From positions 1 through 35,923 of the IMG/VR virus record IMGVR_UViG_3300037608_000265: 35,923 nucleotides of DNA; one strand, 5' to 3'. Origin of the DNA: a virus (taxonomy: Duplodnaviria > Caudoviricetes). The position numbers were made by a program, and so were the translations under genes. Shown here one piece after another: positions 1 to 8,629 of this stretch. Positions within the stretch are counted from its first letter, which is position 1. Each line of letters opens with the position of its first letter. The notes beneath the pieces are model-generated. The model made no database searches. It was not told the origin of the DNA and worked only from the letters and a program-made list of their open reading frames with translations.

Positions 1-621
1 GTGGACGCTTTCTTTGTATTGTTGATCATCGGCGCAATTTTATATTTCTGTGCTAAGATTCGAGACAATCTGGAAAAACACAAAAAAGATACTGACCAGA
101 CAAGAAAGTACCAACCAGATGAAGAACCAGCAAAAAAGCGCCAGCTGGAGGATGAATATGATGTCGAGGCGGACTACATCCGGGACGAAATCCGCGCCCA
201 AATAAAGAAGCAGGCACCAGCCGTCAGAATCCTCCAGGCTCTGTCCCGCGTCGACGGGACCTCATCCAAAGCAGAACAAAACCTCATCTTCGAATGCCTG
301 AACAGAAACGGCGCGAGATTGTCCTACGAAAGGCACCGGCCGCACTTCTCCGATTCCGTCAGTGGTGAATGGAACTATGCGGCGGAAAGCGACGACTTTG
401 GAAGGATGATCACACCGCTGTCATCGATGCCGCTACCTTATCGTATCGATGTCTTTGCGACGGCACAGGCCATCGTTGCGATCGGCGGCGCACCAAGGAA
501 AAGAGAAGCCGAAGCGCTGGATCTTCTCCGCGGACTGATCCGGGAAAAAGAGAGTCCTTCCGCCAGAGTGGACGATGAATATGAAGGACCGGTTTATATC
601 ATTCCAAAACAAATCACTTAG
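1..621 (+). CDS. Membrane-anchored protein with a TerB/DjlA-N-like helical domain
   Basis: N-terminal TM segment (FFVLLIIGAILYFCA). LSRVDGTSSKAEQNLI and IVAIGGAPRKREAEAL resemble the duplicated TerB AxxDGxxxxxE motifs. Confidence 0.55.
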   Translation: MDAFFVLLIIGAILYFCAKIRDNLEKHKKDTDQTRKYQPDEEPAKKRQLEDEYDVEADYIRDEIRAQIKKQAPAVRILQALSRVDGTSSKAEQNLIFECLNRNGARLSYERHRPHFSDSVSGEWNYAAESDDFGRMITPLSSMPLPYRIDVFATAQAIVAIGGAPRKREAEALDLLRGLIREKESPSARVDDEYEGPVYIIPKQIT

Positions 622-632
622 CGGGGGCCATC

Positions 633-1136
633 ATGATCAAATATCTTTCAGTTTTAATCGTTTCGATTTTTATCTTAATTCCATTTATCAGCCAGGCCGA
701 TGAAATCAACATGTGGCAGGACGCCAAAGGGAACTGGCATTTGACGGATCTGCCGCCCGATCAGCCGGTCAAGAAGTACATGAAAGAGTCCTACACTCCA
801 GATGATCCGCGGGCGGTCGCGAACTACAAGTGGCGGGAAAAACAGCGCCTCGAATACAATGATGCTATCCGAAAGCACAATATCGACCTGGACAACACAA
901 GAAAGGCCTATGAAAGCCGCAAATCTGAACTAAAAGAAGCGTCCAGAAATCAGAAAATAAAGTGGGCGCAGGAGGATTTGGAAAGGGAGAATAAACGCAA
1001 GGCTCGATATGACGAATATCGTGATGACTCCCGATATTCAAGAAACAAGACCTATTGGAACAACCGGGCGAAGGAAGCGGAAGACGAAGCCAGGAAAAAG
1101 CAGAGCGAACTTTTGGAGCTGGAGAACACAAAATAA
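633..1136 (+). CDS. Secreted DUF4124-family protein with coiled-coil C-terminus
   Basis: Signal peptide ending ...SQA-DE, followed by the WQDAKGNWHLTDLPP motif typical of DUF4124. Confidence 0.75.
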   Translation: MIKYLSVLIVSIFILIPFISQADEINMWQDAKGNWHLTDLPPDQPVKKYMKESYTPDDPRAVANYKWREKQRLEYNDAIRKHNIDLDNTRKAYESRKSELKEASRNQKIKWAQEDLERENKRKARYDEYRDDSRYSRNKTYWNNRAKEAEDEARKKQSELLELENTK

Positions 1137-1321
1137 AGCGGCACGACAAATCAGTGGTTTGTCCGGCTTTGGTAAAGTTAAGTCCTTGTTATGTTTGATT
1201 TATTACGGCGCTTTTATTTGCCTTTTACCGAATTGCGCGGGGGAAGACAAGCGGGCAGGGGAGATCGTTGAAATATGGCGATTTTATGAGGTCGGTTTTT
1301 TAGAGCATAATAAAACAGCGC

Positions 1322-1358
1322 AAAAAAAGTGGATCGAGACTAATCGATCCTTTTTTTT
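1322..1358 (+). terminator. Rho-independent terminator, possibly bidirectional
   Basis: A7 run, then GGATCGA-gactaa-TCGATCC hairpin (1331-1350), then T8 (1351-1358). Confidence 0.75.
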
Positions 1359-1375
1359 AAACCATAATTAAATAC

Positions 1376-1404
1376 TTGACATTACCCAAGCGCTTTGGTA
1401 ATCT
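1376..1404 (+). promoter_or_regulatory. Sigma70 promoter with a palindromic operator over the spacer
   Basis: TTGACA (1376-1381), 17-bp spacer, TG-g-TAATCT extended -10 (1399-1404). A 22-bp palindrome ATTACCCAAGC/GCTTTGGTAAT with one mismatch lies at 1381-1402. Confidence 0.75.
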
Positions 1405-1435
1405 GCAATCAACTAAACGATGGGAGGTGTTAATG

Positions 1436-2158
1436 ATGGCAAAGTTAAAGGGCATAATCCGAATCGTAAGGGGCGGCGAAATCAAACTTACATTTCCTGG
1501 CCCAAGTGTTACGGAGAAGGGGAACGGGACACTCTGGTTCGAGGGTAATCCGATCCTAGGCATTACTGATCCCCGGGAAAAGGCGCGGGTGGCGGATTTG
1601 GTGAAGTCTGGCAAATACGATGAGATTGCCGATGAATACTTTACCCGGATGGGCGATAATCAAAATGGTCTTTGGGCAGGAGATGATGAGGCATGGAGTC
1701 GGCATCCATTAAGGGCAGCGCAGGAGAAAGCCGTCGCAGAAAAAGCCGCATCGCAGGCTAAGCGCATTAGAATTTATCTGTCCTCCCGCGGCTGGGGTGA
1801 TTACTCGCCATGCGAATGGGTTGGCGACATTACCCGCCCGGACGCAGATATACTTGCGGAGTGCAAACATCTTTTAATCACGGAGCACGATGTCGACCGA
1901 TATAATCTGACCGATGTAGAGATCATGGCCAAAATAACCGAAGCACGCGACAAATGGGCGGCGGAACCGGAACGCAGGGCGGCCCGGGAAGCCGAAGAAA
2001 AAGCAGACATCGATCGGAAGATCGAGTCGGGGTATTGTTTCTTTTGTGAGTCCTGGTGTCATGGAGATTGCGGACATTATAGCAATGATCCACGGGTTAA
2101 ATATGCGCGGGATATGAAACAGGCCGCTGCCGAAGCCGATTACGGCATTAACGATTAA
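1436..2158 (+). CDS. Hypothetical phage protein with C-terminal Cys motif (CFFCESWCHGDC)
   Basis: Strong SD GGGAGGT at 1422-1428 before ATG 1433/1436. Probable Zn-binding CxxCxxxCxGDC motif. Confidence 0.75.
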   Translation: MAKLKGIIRIVRGGEIKLTFPGPSVTEKGNGTLWFEGNPILGITDPREKARVADLVKSGKYDEIADEYFTRMGDNQNGLWAGDDEAWSRHPLRAAQEKAVAEKAASQAKRIRIYLSSRGWGDYSPCEWVGDITRPDADILAECKHLLITEHDVDRYNLTDVEIMAKITEARDKWAAEPERRAAREAEEKADIDRKIESGYCFFCESWCHGDCGHYSNDPRVKYARDMKQAAAEADYGIND

Positions 2159-2175
2159 TAGGGGAGATATGGGCT

Positions 2176-2658
2176 ATGATCTTACAATACACTGATATTT
2201 TTGCCGGCGGAAAGTCTCGTAGAATAAAAGGGGAGTTAACAACCGAGCATAGCGCCTCATCGTATGGATTGCCCGTTATTATTCTGCCCGACGGGGGCGT
2301 GTTGAGCGCGGAATCATGGGTGATGCTGGGATATGGGGTTGTCTCGCTCACGCAAAAAGAGGCTCCATTGATGGAGCGATGGCTTAAAAATCTGTTTGCA
2401 ATGTACGGCATTGCCGAAAGTCCCGCCGCCGCCCTCGGGCGAAAAGGTGGTGCTGTGAAATCGGATCGGAAAACGGCGGCGGCCCGGGAAAATGGGAAGA
2501 AGGGCGGGGCGCCATGGCAGAATTGGGTGGTCGGTGATGAGCCCGTAAATTGTATCCCATTAGGGAATCAGACGGCTGAAGAACATGGGATGCCAGCTGC
2601 GGTTAAGGTGGTACGGGCAAGATCGGCAGAAGAGGCAATTCGCAAATCCAGTAAATAG
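2176..2658 (+). CDS. Hypothetical protein with a basic KGG-repeat segment, probable DNA-binding autoregulator
   Basis: SD GGGGAG; AAALGRKGGAVKSDRKTAAARENGKKGG motif. The regulatory role is inferred. Confidence 0.65.
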   Translation: MILQYTDIFAGGKSRRIKGELTTEHSASSYGLPVIILPDGGVLSAESWVMLGYGVVSLTQKEAPLMERWLKNLFAMYGIAESPAAALGRKGGAVKSDRKTAAARENGKKGGAPWQNWVVGDEPVNCIPLGNQTAEEHGMPAAVKVVRARSAEEAIRKSSK

Positions 2659-2659
2659 A

Positions 2660-3247
2660 TCACCACTTATAAGCCGCCTGGATCATGGCTTTGGCGTCGC
2701 CGGTTGTGTTGACCTCGCCATAGACGCCAATATGAGCGTTGGCGATCCGGAAGAAGTCCCATCGGCCGTAAAGATCGCCTTCCAGGTTGTTGTCAAATGA
2801 AACGCCGTAGCGGATACCGATCTCTTTTTTATTTTCAAAATCAAAGAAGGGCAGGGGGACCTGCTTGGCGACGATTGAGGAAATCCCCGATCCCGTATCG
2901 ATGACCGCCAGGACGTTCGTCTTGCCTTCATAGGGAGCGACGACACCTGAGGCGGTGATCTGTTTGGCCGGGTCGTTTTTGATGTCCTCCGGCAAGTCGA
3001 GCTTTTTTGCCGCCGCTTCCTTTTCAATAACCACAATCTTTTCTACGGGGATCTCGATGCGCTTGATCTTCACCACTTCCTTGACCTCGGGCACATTGAT
3101 GTAAACCGTCTTTGACGTCGGAATCTCGTTATTTCCTCGATACCAGGCGACGATCACGGCCAGGATCAGAAGGACCACCAGGGCAACGATCGCCAGGTTC
3201 TTTTTCTCCGCGTTTTTAATGAGACTGATTATCACGCTGAAATCCAT
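2660..3247 (-). CDS. Lysis accessory membrane protein (spanin-position gene)
   Basis: Directly downstream of the endolysin. N-terminal TM (LAIVALVVLLILAVIVAWY); C-terminal amphipathic beta-strands ending ...IQAAYKW. Confidence 0.6.
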   Translation of the reverse strand: MDFSVIISLIKNAEKKNLAIVALVVLLILAVIVAWYRGNNEIPTSKTVYINVPEVKEVVKIKRIEIPVEKIVVIEKEAAAKKLDLPEDIKNDPAKQITASGVVAPYEGKTNVLAVIDTGSGISSIVAKQVPLPFFDFENKKEIGIRYGVSFDNNLEGDLYGRWDFFRIANAHIGVYGEVNTTGDAKAMIQAAYKW

Positions 3248-3846
3248 GGCATTCTCTCCTTGTATTTCTCCCCGGCTTTTTTAATCTGCTTCGGGTAATT
3301 GCAGTTGACTTCACACAGATCCAGTTTTCCCCATTTGAAAGTCAGGATCTTGCGGGAACAGAATCCCGCGACGATATCGGGATCGCAGGAATTCGCTTTC
3401 CTGATCTCCCTGTTCAAGTTACTCGCCCCGCCGTTGTAGGCCCGGAAAGCAAAATGCCAGGACGGACAGACAACGGCCTTGAAACAGTCCAGATCGTAAA
3501 GGATCAAGGCCCGGATCGCCCAGCTGGGATCGTAGGGCAGGGGGGTCTTGCTGATCTCCTGCAGGGCCTTCTTCTTTGCGACTTCCTCTGCCGTTTTTGG
3601 CATGAACTGGCCAAGGCCCTTGCCGCCATCGAAAGCCGTTATCCCCTCGATGCACCGGGATTCCTGCTCGATCTGCCCCATGAACTCATGTGCAGGGGCA
3701 TCCATGCCGGCGTGAAACCGCGCTTCCCGGATCACCTGGGGATAATACTTCAGGCACCGGTTCAGGAGCGGCTCACAACCCGAGGGTGAAGGCCAGAATA
3801 ATAGAAGCGTAAAGTAGGCCGCGAAACAGAAATATACCCTTCGCAT
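3232..3846 (-). CDS. Endolysin, soluble lytic transglycosylase (SLT) family, with N-terminal hydrophobic export/SAR segment
   Basis: SLT motifs QIEQES (catalytic Glu), GLGQFMPKT and AYNGG. SD GGAG precedes ATG 3846 (MRRVYFCFAAYF). Confidence 0.9.
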   Translation of the reverse strand: MRRVYFCFAAYFTLLLFWPSPSGCEPLLNRCLKYYPQVIREARFHAGMDAPAHEFMGQIEQESRCIEGITAFDGGKGLGQFMPKTAEEVAKKKALQEISKTPLPYDPSWAIRALILYDLDCFKAVVCPSWHFAFRAYNGGASNLNREIRKANSCDPDIVAGFCSRKILTFKWGKLDLCEVNCNYPKQIKKAGEKYKERMPWISA

Positions 3847-4057
3847 TGTAATTCTCCATCTTGCCCAAGGGAGGCTTGAACCATATTGCCCAGACCATCT
3901 CCGCAAAACCAAGGCCGCCGGCCACAAGACACGTCTTGTAGGCAACAATCTTGATCGAGGTCATGCCCTGGCTCCAGATCAGGATAGGGATGGCGATCAG
4001 GGCGATCATGCCGAAGCGAAGCAGGTACTTGACCGTTTCTTTTTTTAGAGTCATCAT
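3773..4057 (-). CDS. Holin (three predicted TM segments)
   Basis: 94 aa with three hydrophobic segments and an MM dual start, immediately upstream of the endolysin. Confidence 0.7.
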   Translation of the reverse strand: MMTLKKETVKYLLRFGMIALIAIPILIWSQGMTSIKIVAYKTCLVAGGLGFAEMVWAIWFKPPLGKMENYNAKGIFLFRGLLYASIILAFTLGL

Positions 4058-4344
4058 TTCCCCCAGTCCTCATGATCAGGCGGGACGATTACTCCCCCGA
4101 GCCTGATCGGATGACAATCATCATTGGCACAGATTACTTCGTGACCATGACGAAATACCCGTTTCCAGATCTTCTCGATCTGGTCCTCGAACTTGACCTT
4201 CGCGTCGGCGATTTCCTTTTTCAGATCATCTTTTGCCGAACGCAGATCCGACCTGATCCCGACCAGAATGAAAAGCCCCATGCCGTTGATAACGGTGACA
4301 CAGATGCCGACGATACCGATTATTACCGCTGATTGTTCGCTCAT
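4054..4344 (-). CDS. Small TM plus coiled-coil protein (holin/antiholin-like lysis cassette gene)
   Basis: N-terminal TM followed by a charged coiled coil; ATGA overlap with the holin; SD AAAGGAG. Confidence 0.55.
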   Translation of the reverse strand: MSEQSAVIIGIVGICVTVINGMGLFILVGIRSDLRSAKDDLKKEIADAKVKFEDQIEKIWKRVFRHGHEVICANDDCHPIRLGGVIVPPDHEDWGK

Positions 4345-4368
4345 CTGGATCGCTCCTTTGCGCGTTAG

Positions 4369-5049
4369 TTATGTAATCCGTATCTCTACTTGCGAGGCAT
4401 ACCAATAACCAGCCGCGCCGTTGGGGGCTGTGACTGTTTGATTTCCGACGGCACCACTTGAATCAAATGCTTTGTACCACATTCCAGCAGTCCGGTGCGT
4501 GTTGCCTGTCCATGAATATGCCTGCCCAATTTCCGTCCAGCCAGCAGGTCCGGTTAGCGTCGTTCCATACCCATGCCCAGCGCAAATTATGCCCCAGTTA
4601 CCCCCCGATTGTATGTTGATTGAGGTTGACACAAGTTCTATTGGATTAAATGTATCATTCCCATACGCAGTTGATTTGTTGCCTATCGGGGTGGAATATA
4701 CACCTCTAAAGGCAGCGATCACTGCCGCTGTATTTTTTGTCCCAAGAAAGGTAAAATCATAACTCGCCGGTTCAGAGGCCCCTGCTATTTTTGTGAATAC
4801 ATAGCTTCTTAAGACGCCGCCGTCACCGTTGCTTATAGTTGCTGTCCATCCTGTCGGGGGTGTAACCCAATCCCTCGGATCATCATAAATTATATTTACA
4901 ACAAGCAGATCGCCCTCGACAGTGCCAGTGGGCTTAGTTAGTGTTATCGGGCTTGTGCCAACTCCTGTTGCATAAGAAGCAATATACTCGATTTCTTGAG
5001 GAGCAGCTGGCGTCCTTACTGATGGCGGTATAATCACGATTGTATTCAT
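4369..5049 (-). CDS. Tail fibre-associated / receptor-binding beta-sandwich protein
   Basis: Follows the fibre gene. LTKPTGTVEGDLLV and TPPTGWT...GPAGWT duplicated motifs typical of phage minor tail proteins; T/G/A-rich and more AT-rich than its neighbours. Confidence 0.6.
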   Translation of the reverse strand: MNTIVIIPPSVRTPAAPQEIEYIASYATGVGTSPITLTKPTGTVEGDLLVVNIIYDDPRDWVTPPTGWTATISNGDGGVLRSYVFTKIAGASEPASYDFTFLGTKNTAAVIAAFRGVYSTPIGNKSTAYGNDTFNPIELVSTSINIQSGGNWGIICAGHGYGTTLTGPAGWTEIGQAYSWTGNTHRTAGMWYKAFDSSGAVGNQTVTAPNGAAGYWYASQVEIRIT

Positions 5050-5053
5050 AACC

Positions 5054-6202
5054 CTACTCCGCTACGATCTTGGCCCAAAGCGGGCCTTTTGCTCCGGTCC
5101 CTGCGGCTTCGCAGGAAATGGAGATAAAATCACCGTCCGCCAGGTCGTCGTTTGCTGTGTCGATGGTCGGGGCTCCGCTTGTCTTTCCGTCCTGGGCGAT
5201 GCTGAACGCCGGTGAAGTCGCCGTCGCATCCACCGCCACGGGGGAAGATGAGGGACGATGCCGGACAATATTGAACGACACGACGCCGGAAGTCGACGCG
5301 GTCCCGAGGGGCGAAATGATCATCCGGGAACTTGCAGATAAATTTAGGCCCACCATCGAGGTGGGGACCGGGATCTGGACGTTTCCGAGGTTATCGCCAA
5401 CGGCGATCGCCACATCTTTATCCAGGAGCATGACCTCGATTTCCGGTGGTTTTATTCCAAGGATTGTCTTGACCTCGGCCAAGGTCTTCTTCGCCCAGGC
5501 GAGCGGCGATCCAGCGCCAACCATGAAGTCGTCGGCTGCGGTTGGATCAGGGAACCCGAGAGCCGTTTTGAGTTCGGCCAATGTCTTTTTTACCCAGTTC
5601 AGGGGCGACCCTGCCGCCATGACGACATCATTCGCCGCGGTCGGCTCAGGTACGGACCCGCCAAGGCCAAGGATCGCCTTGACATCGGACAAGGCTTTTT
5701 TTGCCCAGGCAAGTGGTGAGCCGCCTCCGATTAAAAAATCGTTCTCCGCTTCGACAGTCGGGACAGAGGGCCCTATATCGCCTTCGTCTTTCGTTGACAC
5801 GACGATATTTCCGCTTGCGTCAAACTTGGCGAAATACCCTGTCGGGGCCGGGGATGTAGCGACCTTATCCGCTTTAGCGGCGAGCAGGGCGGACAACTCC
5901 CCGACTTCCAGGGTTGTATTGAGCCATACCGCGGCGCCTACGGTTGCATCCACGCACCGATAAACCTCGCGTGGACTGGAAGTCAGATCAAACCATAGAG
6001 ATCCGACGGAGTAGCCATCTCCCGCATCGTCGCCGACGCCAGGGGCCGTTGTCCCTGCCAGGTTGTTCTTGCAGTACGGCGCGAACATGGATGCCTTGAG
6101 CACCGCCGCCGTGACCTTTTTTGTAACACCCCCCTGCACGACGGCGAACGCATCGCTGTCTGCGGGAGTTGTGACTGCTGTGTATCCCGATATTTTGGGC
6201 AT
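5054..6202 (-). CDS. Tail fibre-like structural protein with three internal ~30-aa repeats
   Basis: A/G/T-rich; repeats of form A(E/A)(N/D)D..(G/A)GSPL(A/N)W(A/V)KK(A/T)L...K..LG; SD AAAGGAGG. Confidence 0.7.
   Translation of the reverse strand: MPKISGYTAVTTPADSDAFAVVQGGVTKKVTAAVLKASMFAPYCKNNLAGTTAPGVGDDAGDGYSVGSLWFDLTSSPREVYRCVDATVGAAVWLNTTLEVGELSALLAAKADKVATSPAPTGYFAKFDASGNIVVSTKDEGDIGPSVPTVEAENDFLIGGGSPLAWAKKALSDVKAILGLGGSVPEPTAANDVVMAAGSPLNWVKKTLAELKTALGFPDPTAADDFMVGAGSPLAWAKKTLAEVKTILGIKPPEIEVMLLDKDVAIAVGDNLGNVQIPVPTSMVGLNLSASSRMIISPLGTASTSGVVSFNIVRHRPSSSPVAVDATATSPAFSIAQDGKTSGAPTIDTANDDLADGDFISISCEAAGTGAKGPLWAKIVAE
5455..5760 (-). repeat. Three tandem protein-level repeats in the fibre gene
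   Basis: [28 protein letters not shown] / [28 protein letters not shown] / [28 protein letters not shown]. Coordinates approximate. Confidence 0.85.
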
Positions 6203-6220
6203 TATTCATTCCTCCTTTGG

Positions 6221-8629
6221 TTAATCGTTATACGCTGCACCGACACTACTCATCGCCTCCAGATAGACCCCCTCAAGGCGTCGGTCTGGGGCATAGGCGA
6301 AATAAGTGGGCGTCATGTCGCCGACGGGAGATTCAAACGCATAATCGAACCATGCGCTCTCCGCATATGTGGTGGATCGTTCAATGGTCAGGTCTGTCGA
6401 TACGATGTCCTTCGGTGCGTAAGATGGACCATAATTCGGCATTACTTCCCAGTCCGTGTCCTTAATTGCATTGTATCTCACCAGATAAAGCCGATCATCA
6501 TCGACGATAAAACTGCCCAGTGTAATTCCATATGCGACGGTAGTCCCATCGACAGGATCTCCGTCAAACCACGGAAGATAATTACTCGTATAGGGTATTT
6601 CTTGCGCTCCAAAGACCCTGGTATATTGCCTGATCCAGCCGATGTCGTACTTCTCGACCGTAAGATTACGGTATGTATGGAGTTTTGACGTTCCGACAAT
6701 GTAAAAACACAGCTTGTTCGCATCAAATATAATGTGCGAACTCACCCCCGTCTGGTGTATGCAGGAATCGATGCTGTGAGACGCAATGATATTCCCGTCC
6801 CGATCCATCTCATAAACTGCGTCGAAACCATCATCATGACCGACGGTGTCTTTCGCGTGTAAAGCGTAGACTTTTCCATTGGCATATTTCACCGCATTCG
6901 CCTGTCTCCCGGTTGATACACCGTTAACAAGCAATGCCTCATTATAACCTATTCCGGTCCAATTTCCGTCGTCGGCGAATGAGTATATCTTGACGTCAGA
7001 ACCATCGCCGTAAGATATATCGCCATCTCTTCTCCCGACATATCGATCAATCGTGAACGATGTCACTAAGGCCTTGCTGTATCGGTTATAGATATAAAGA
7101 ATTGACGGGTCTTCGCCGGGGCTTTTCAGCATTAAATACCTGTCTGTAATTTTATAGGGTTGTGGGCCGAAATAGCGTTCGTCGATGGAAATCCGCGTAT
7201 CCTCCTCCCACACTCCCCGTCGGTAATGGTACAAGCCCTTATATCCATTCACCAACACGCCAGGCACGAAACCGTAGTAAGTTGCAAATATCTCAAACTC
7301 GGAACACATCTGCGGATGACTCATGAATCCAATCACTTTCGGCGTATCCCAACTCTGGTTTTCCATTTTCACCACCACCTCGTCCGCAACTGCGAACGCT
7401 GCGCTGTTTCAAGTCATGTACTCTATCGGGACATTCTCAAGGAGTAGCCCGGGCCGAAACCAGGAATTTCCGGTCTGTCGCCGACGATCAGCATAGTTGA
7501 CCCGTTCATAAGGCATGACGGACTTGTATCGGTTGTCCAGGATATAGTCGCCCTTGTCCGTATGGAAGACCAGCCAGCAATGACCGACGCCGGAAGATGT
7601 CTTTCCTATCTCCAAGCTCATGTTACTGGCTCCGTAACCCAGGTTGAGGAGCTTTTGCGCCTTCGTTAAGGCGAAGTCCTCGCAATCGCCGGACCCGCCT
7701 TCATTCATAAATTCCCAGTTTTCCAGTTTTTCGTATTGGCTTTGGTCAAGCTGATATTTGAACCTATCCTGTACCTCGTTCTGTACGTCGATCAGGTCCT
7801 GCATGACCTCTGGAGTAAGGGTGATTTCCGTTTCCGATGTATTCGTGACCAGGGGATGGTTCGGATAACGGGCCGCGAAGTCGGCGAATCCGCCGGGAAT
7901 ACCTTCATCACAAGAGCATACCGTCCCGGTTTTATTGATCTTTAATCCGCCCTGAGAGGAATAAACATTCGGTAAACAGACCGAGCAGGTGTCCAGGTTG
8001 TAGTCGATTGTTTTAATGGTCCCTTGACGATAGGTCGGCTTCCACCGCTGCCATGCCGGAAATAGGGCCAGGTTGTAAAAACATCCTGCGTCACCCATAG
8101 CACCCGCCGGTTGCAGGGTTCCGAGGCCTGGCGCGCCCGCTGGCATCACCAGAATATCCGCCGCTTCTCCGTCGATCTCGATTGTCCCGACCGATGCACC
8201 GGCAGATAAATCCTCCGTCAGATCCGCGCACCAGACTCCGGTTCGTGCTTCCGTCGCGGAAAGGGTTTCCAGTAGAACCTTATCCTTCTCTAAAGCGGCT
8301 TTCTCTATTTTCAGGAGGGAGATTTCCTTCTGCTTGGAGGAGTATTTTGCCTCCTTATCTAAGGCGTCCTTTTGTGCTGCGACCACATCGTCAGCTAATC
8401 CGGTTCCTATTTTCATCGCTGAAAGGGCCGCATCCAAGGCGGTCAGGGATGTATTGTATTCATAGGCCAGTACGGTCAATTCGATTTGCATCAGCGAGAG
8501 ATAATCAGGAATCAACGCGAGGCGGGCGGCGATCTTTGCCAGCCTGTCCGTCGCCTTGGCAATGTCCTTGACTAACTCGATGTTATAAAGGCCGGTTGCT
8601 CCGCCCGATGTAATCTTAGCCCCGCCCAT
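6221..8629 (-). CDS. Tail-tip/hub protein (coiled coil, BTLCP cysteine protease, C-terminal beta-rich domain); probably one 802-aa gene with an in-frame UGA at codon 407
   Basis: ORFs 7409..8629 and 6221..7378 are in the same frame, separated only by TGA (7409-7411) and 10 sense codons: ...ENVPIEYMT*NSAAFAVADEVVVKMENQSWDTPKVIGF. GDCEDFALTK...GHCWL...YILDN gives a transglutaminase-like Cys-His-Asp triad. Confidence 0.65.
7381..7398 (-). promoter_or_regulatory. Candidate bacterial SECIS element
   Basis: mRNA reads UGA-AACAGCGCAG-CGUUCGC-AGUU-GCGGACG: a 7-bp stem with one G-U pair, G at the second loop position, and 17 nt between the UGA and the loop. Confidence 0.55.

Noticed and set aside
1009-1371. 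120-aa plus-strand ORF across the left intergenic region
   Set aside because: It overlaps the DUF4124 gene out of frame and runs through the terminator, with no coding features.
2683-3036. Nested Rz1-like o-spanin within the spanin-position gene
   Set aside because: The alternate-frame ORF has no hydrophobic signal peptide or lipobox.
5070-5963. Long plus-strand ORFs antisense to structural genes (also 19972..20616, 26469..27329, 27864..28643, 29008..30156, 34261..34986)
   Set aside because: These are shadows of GC-rich coding strands, with no motifs or convincing SD, and fully overlap well-supported minus-strand genes.
4369-7378. Diversity-generating retroelement acting on tail genes
   Set aside because: No reverse transcriptase in the window and no adenine-specific TR/VR pair noticed; the fibre repeats are divergent protein-level repeats.
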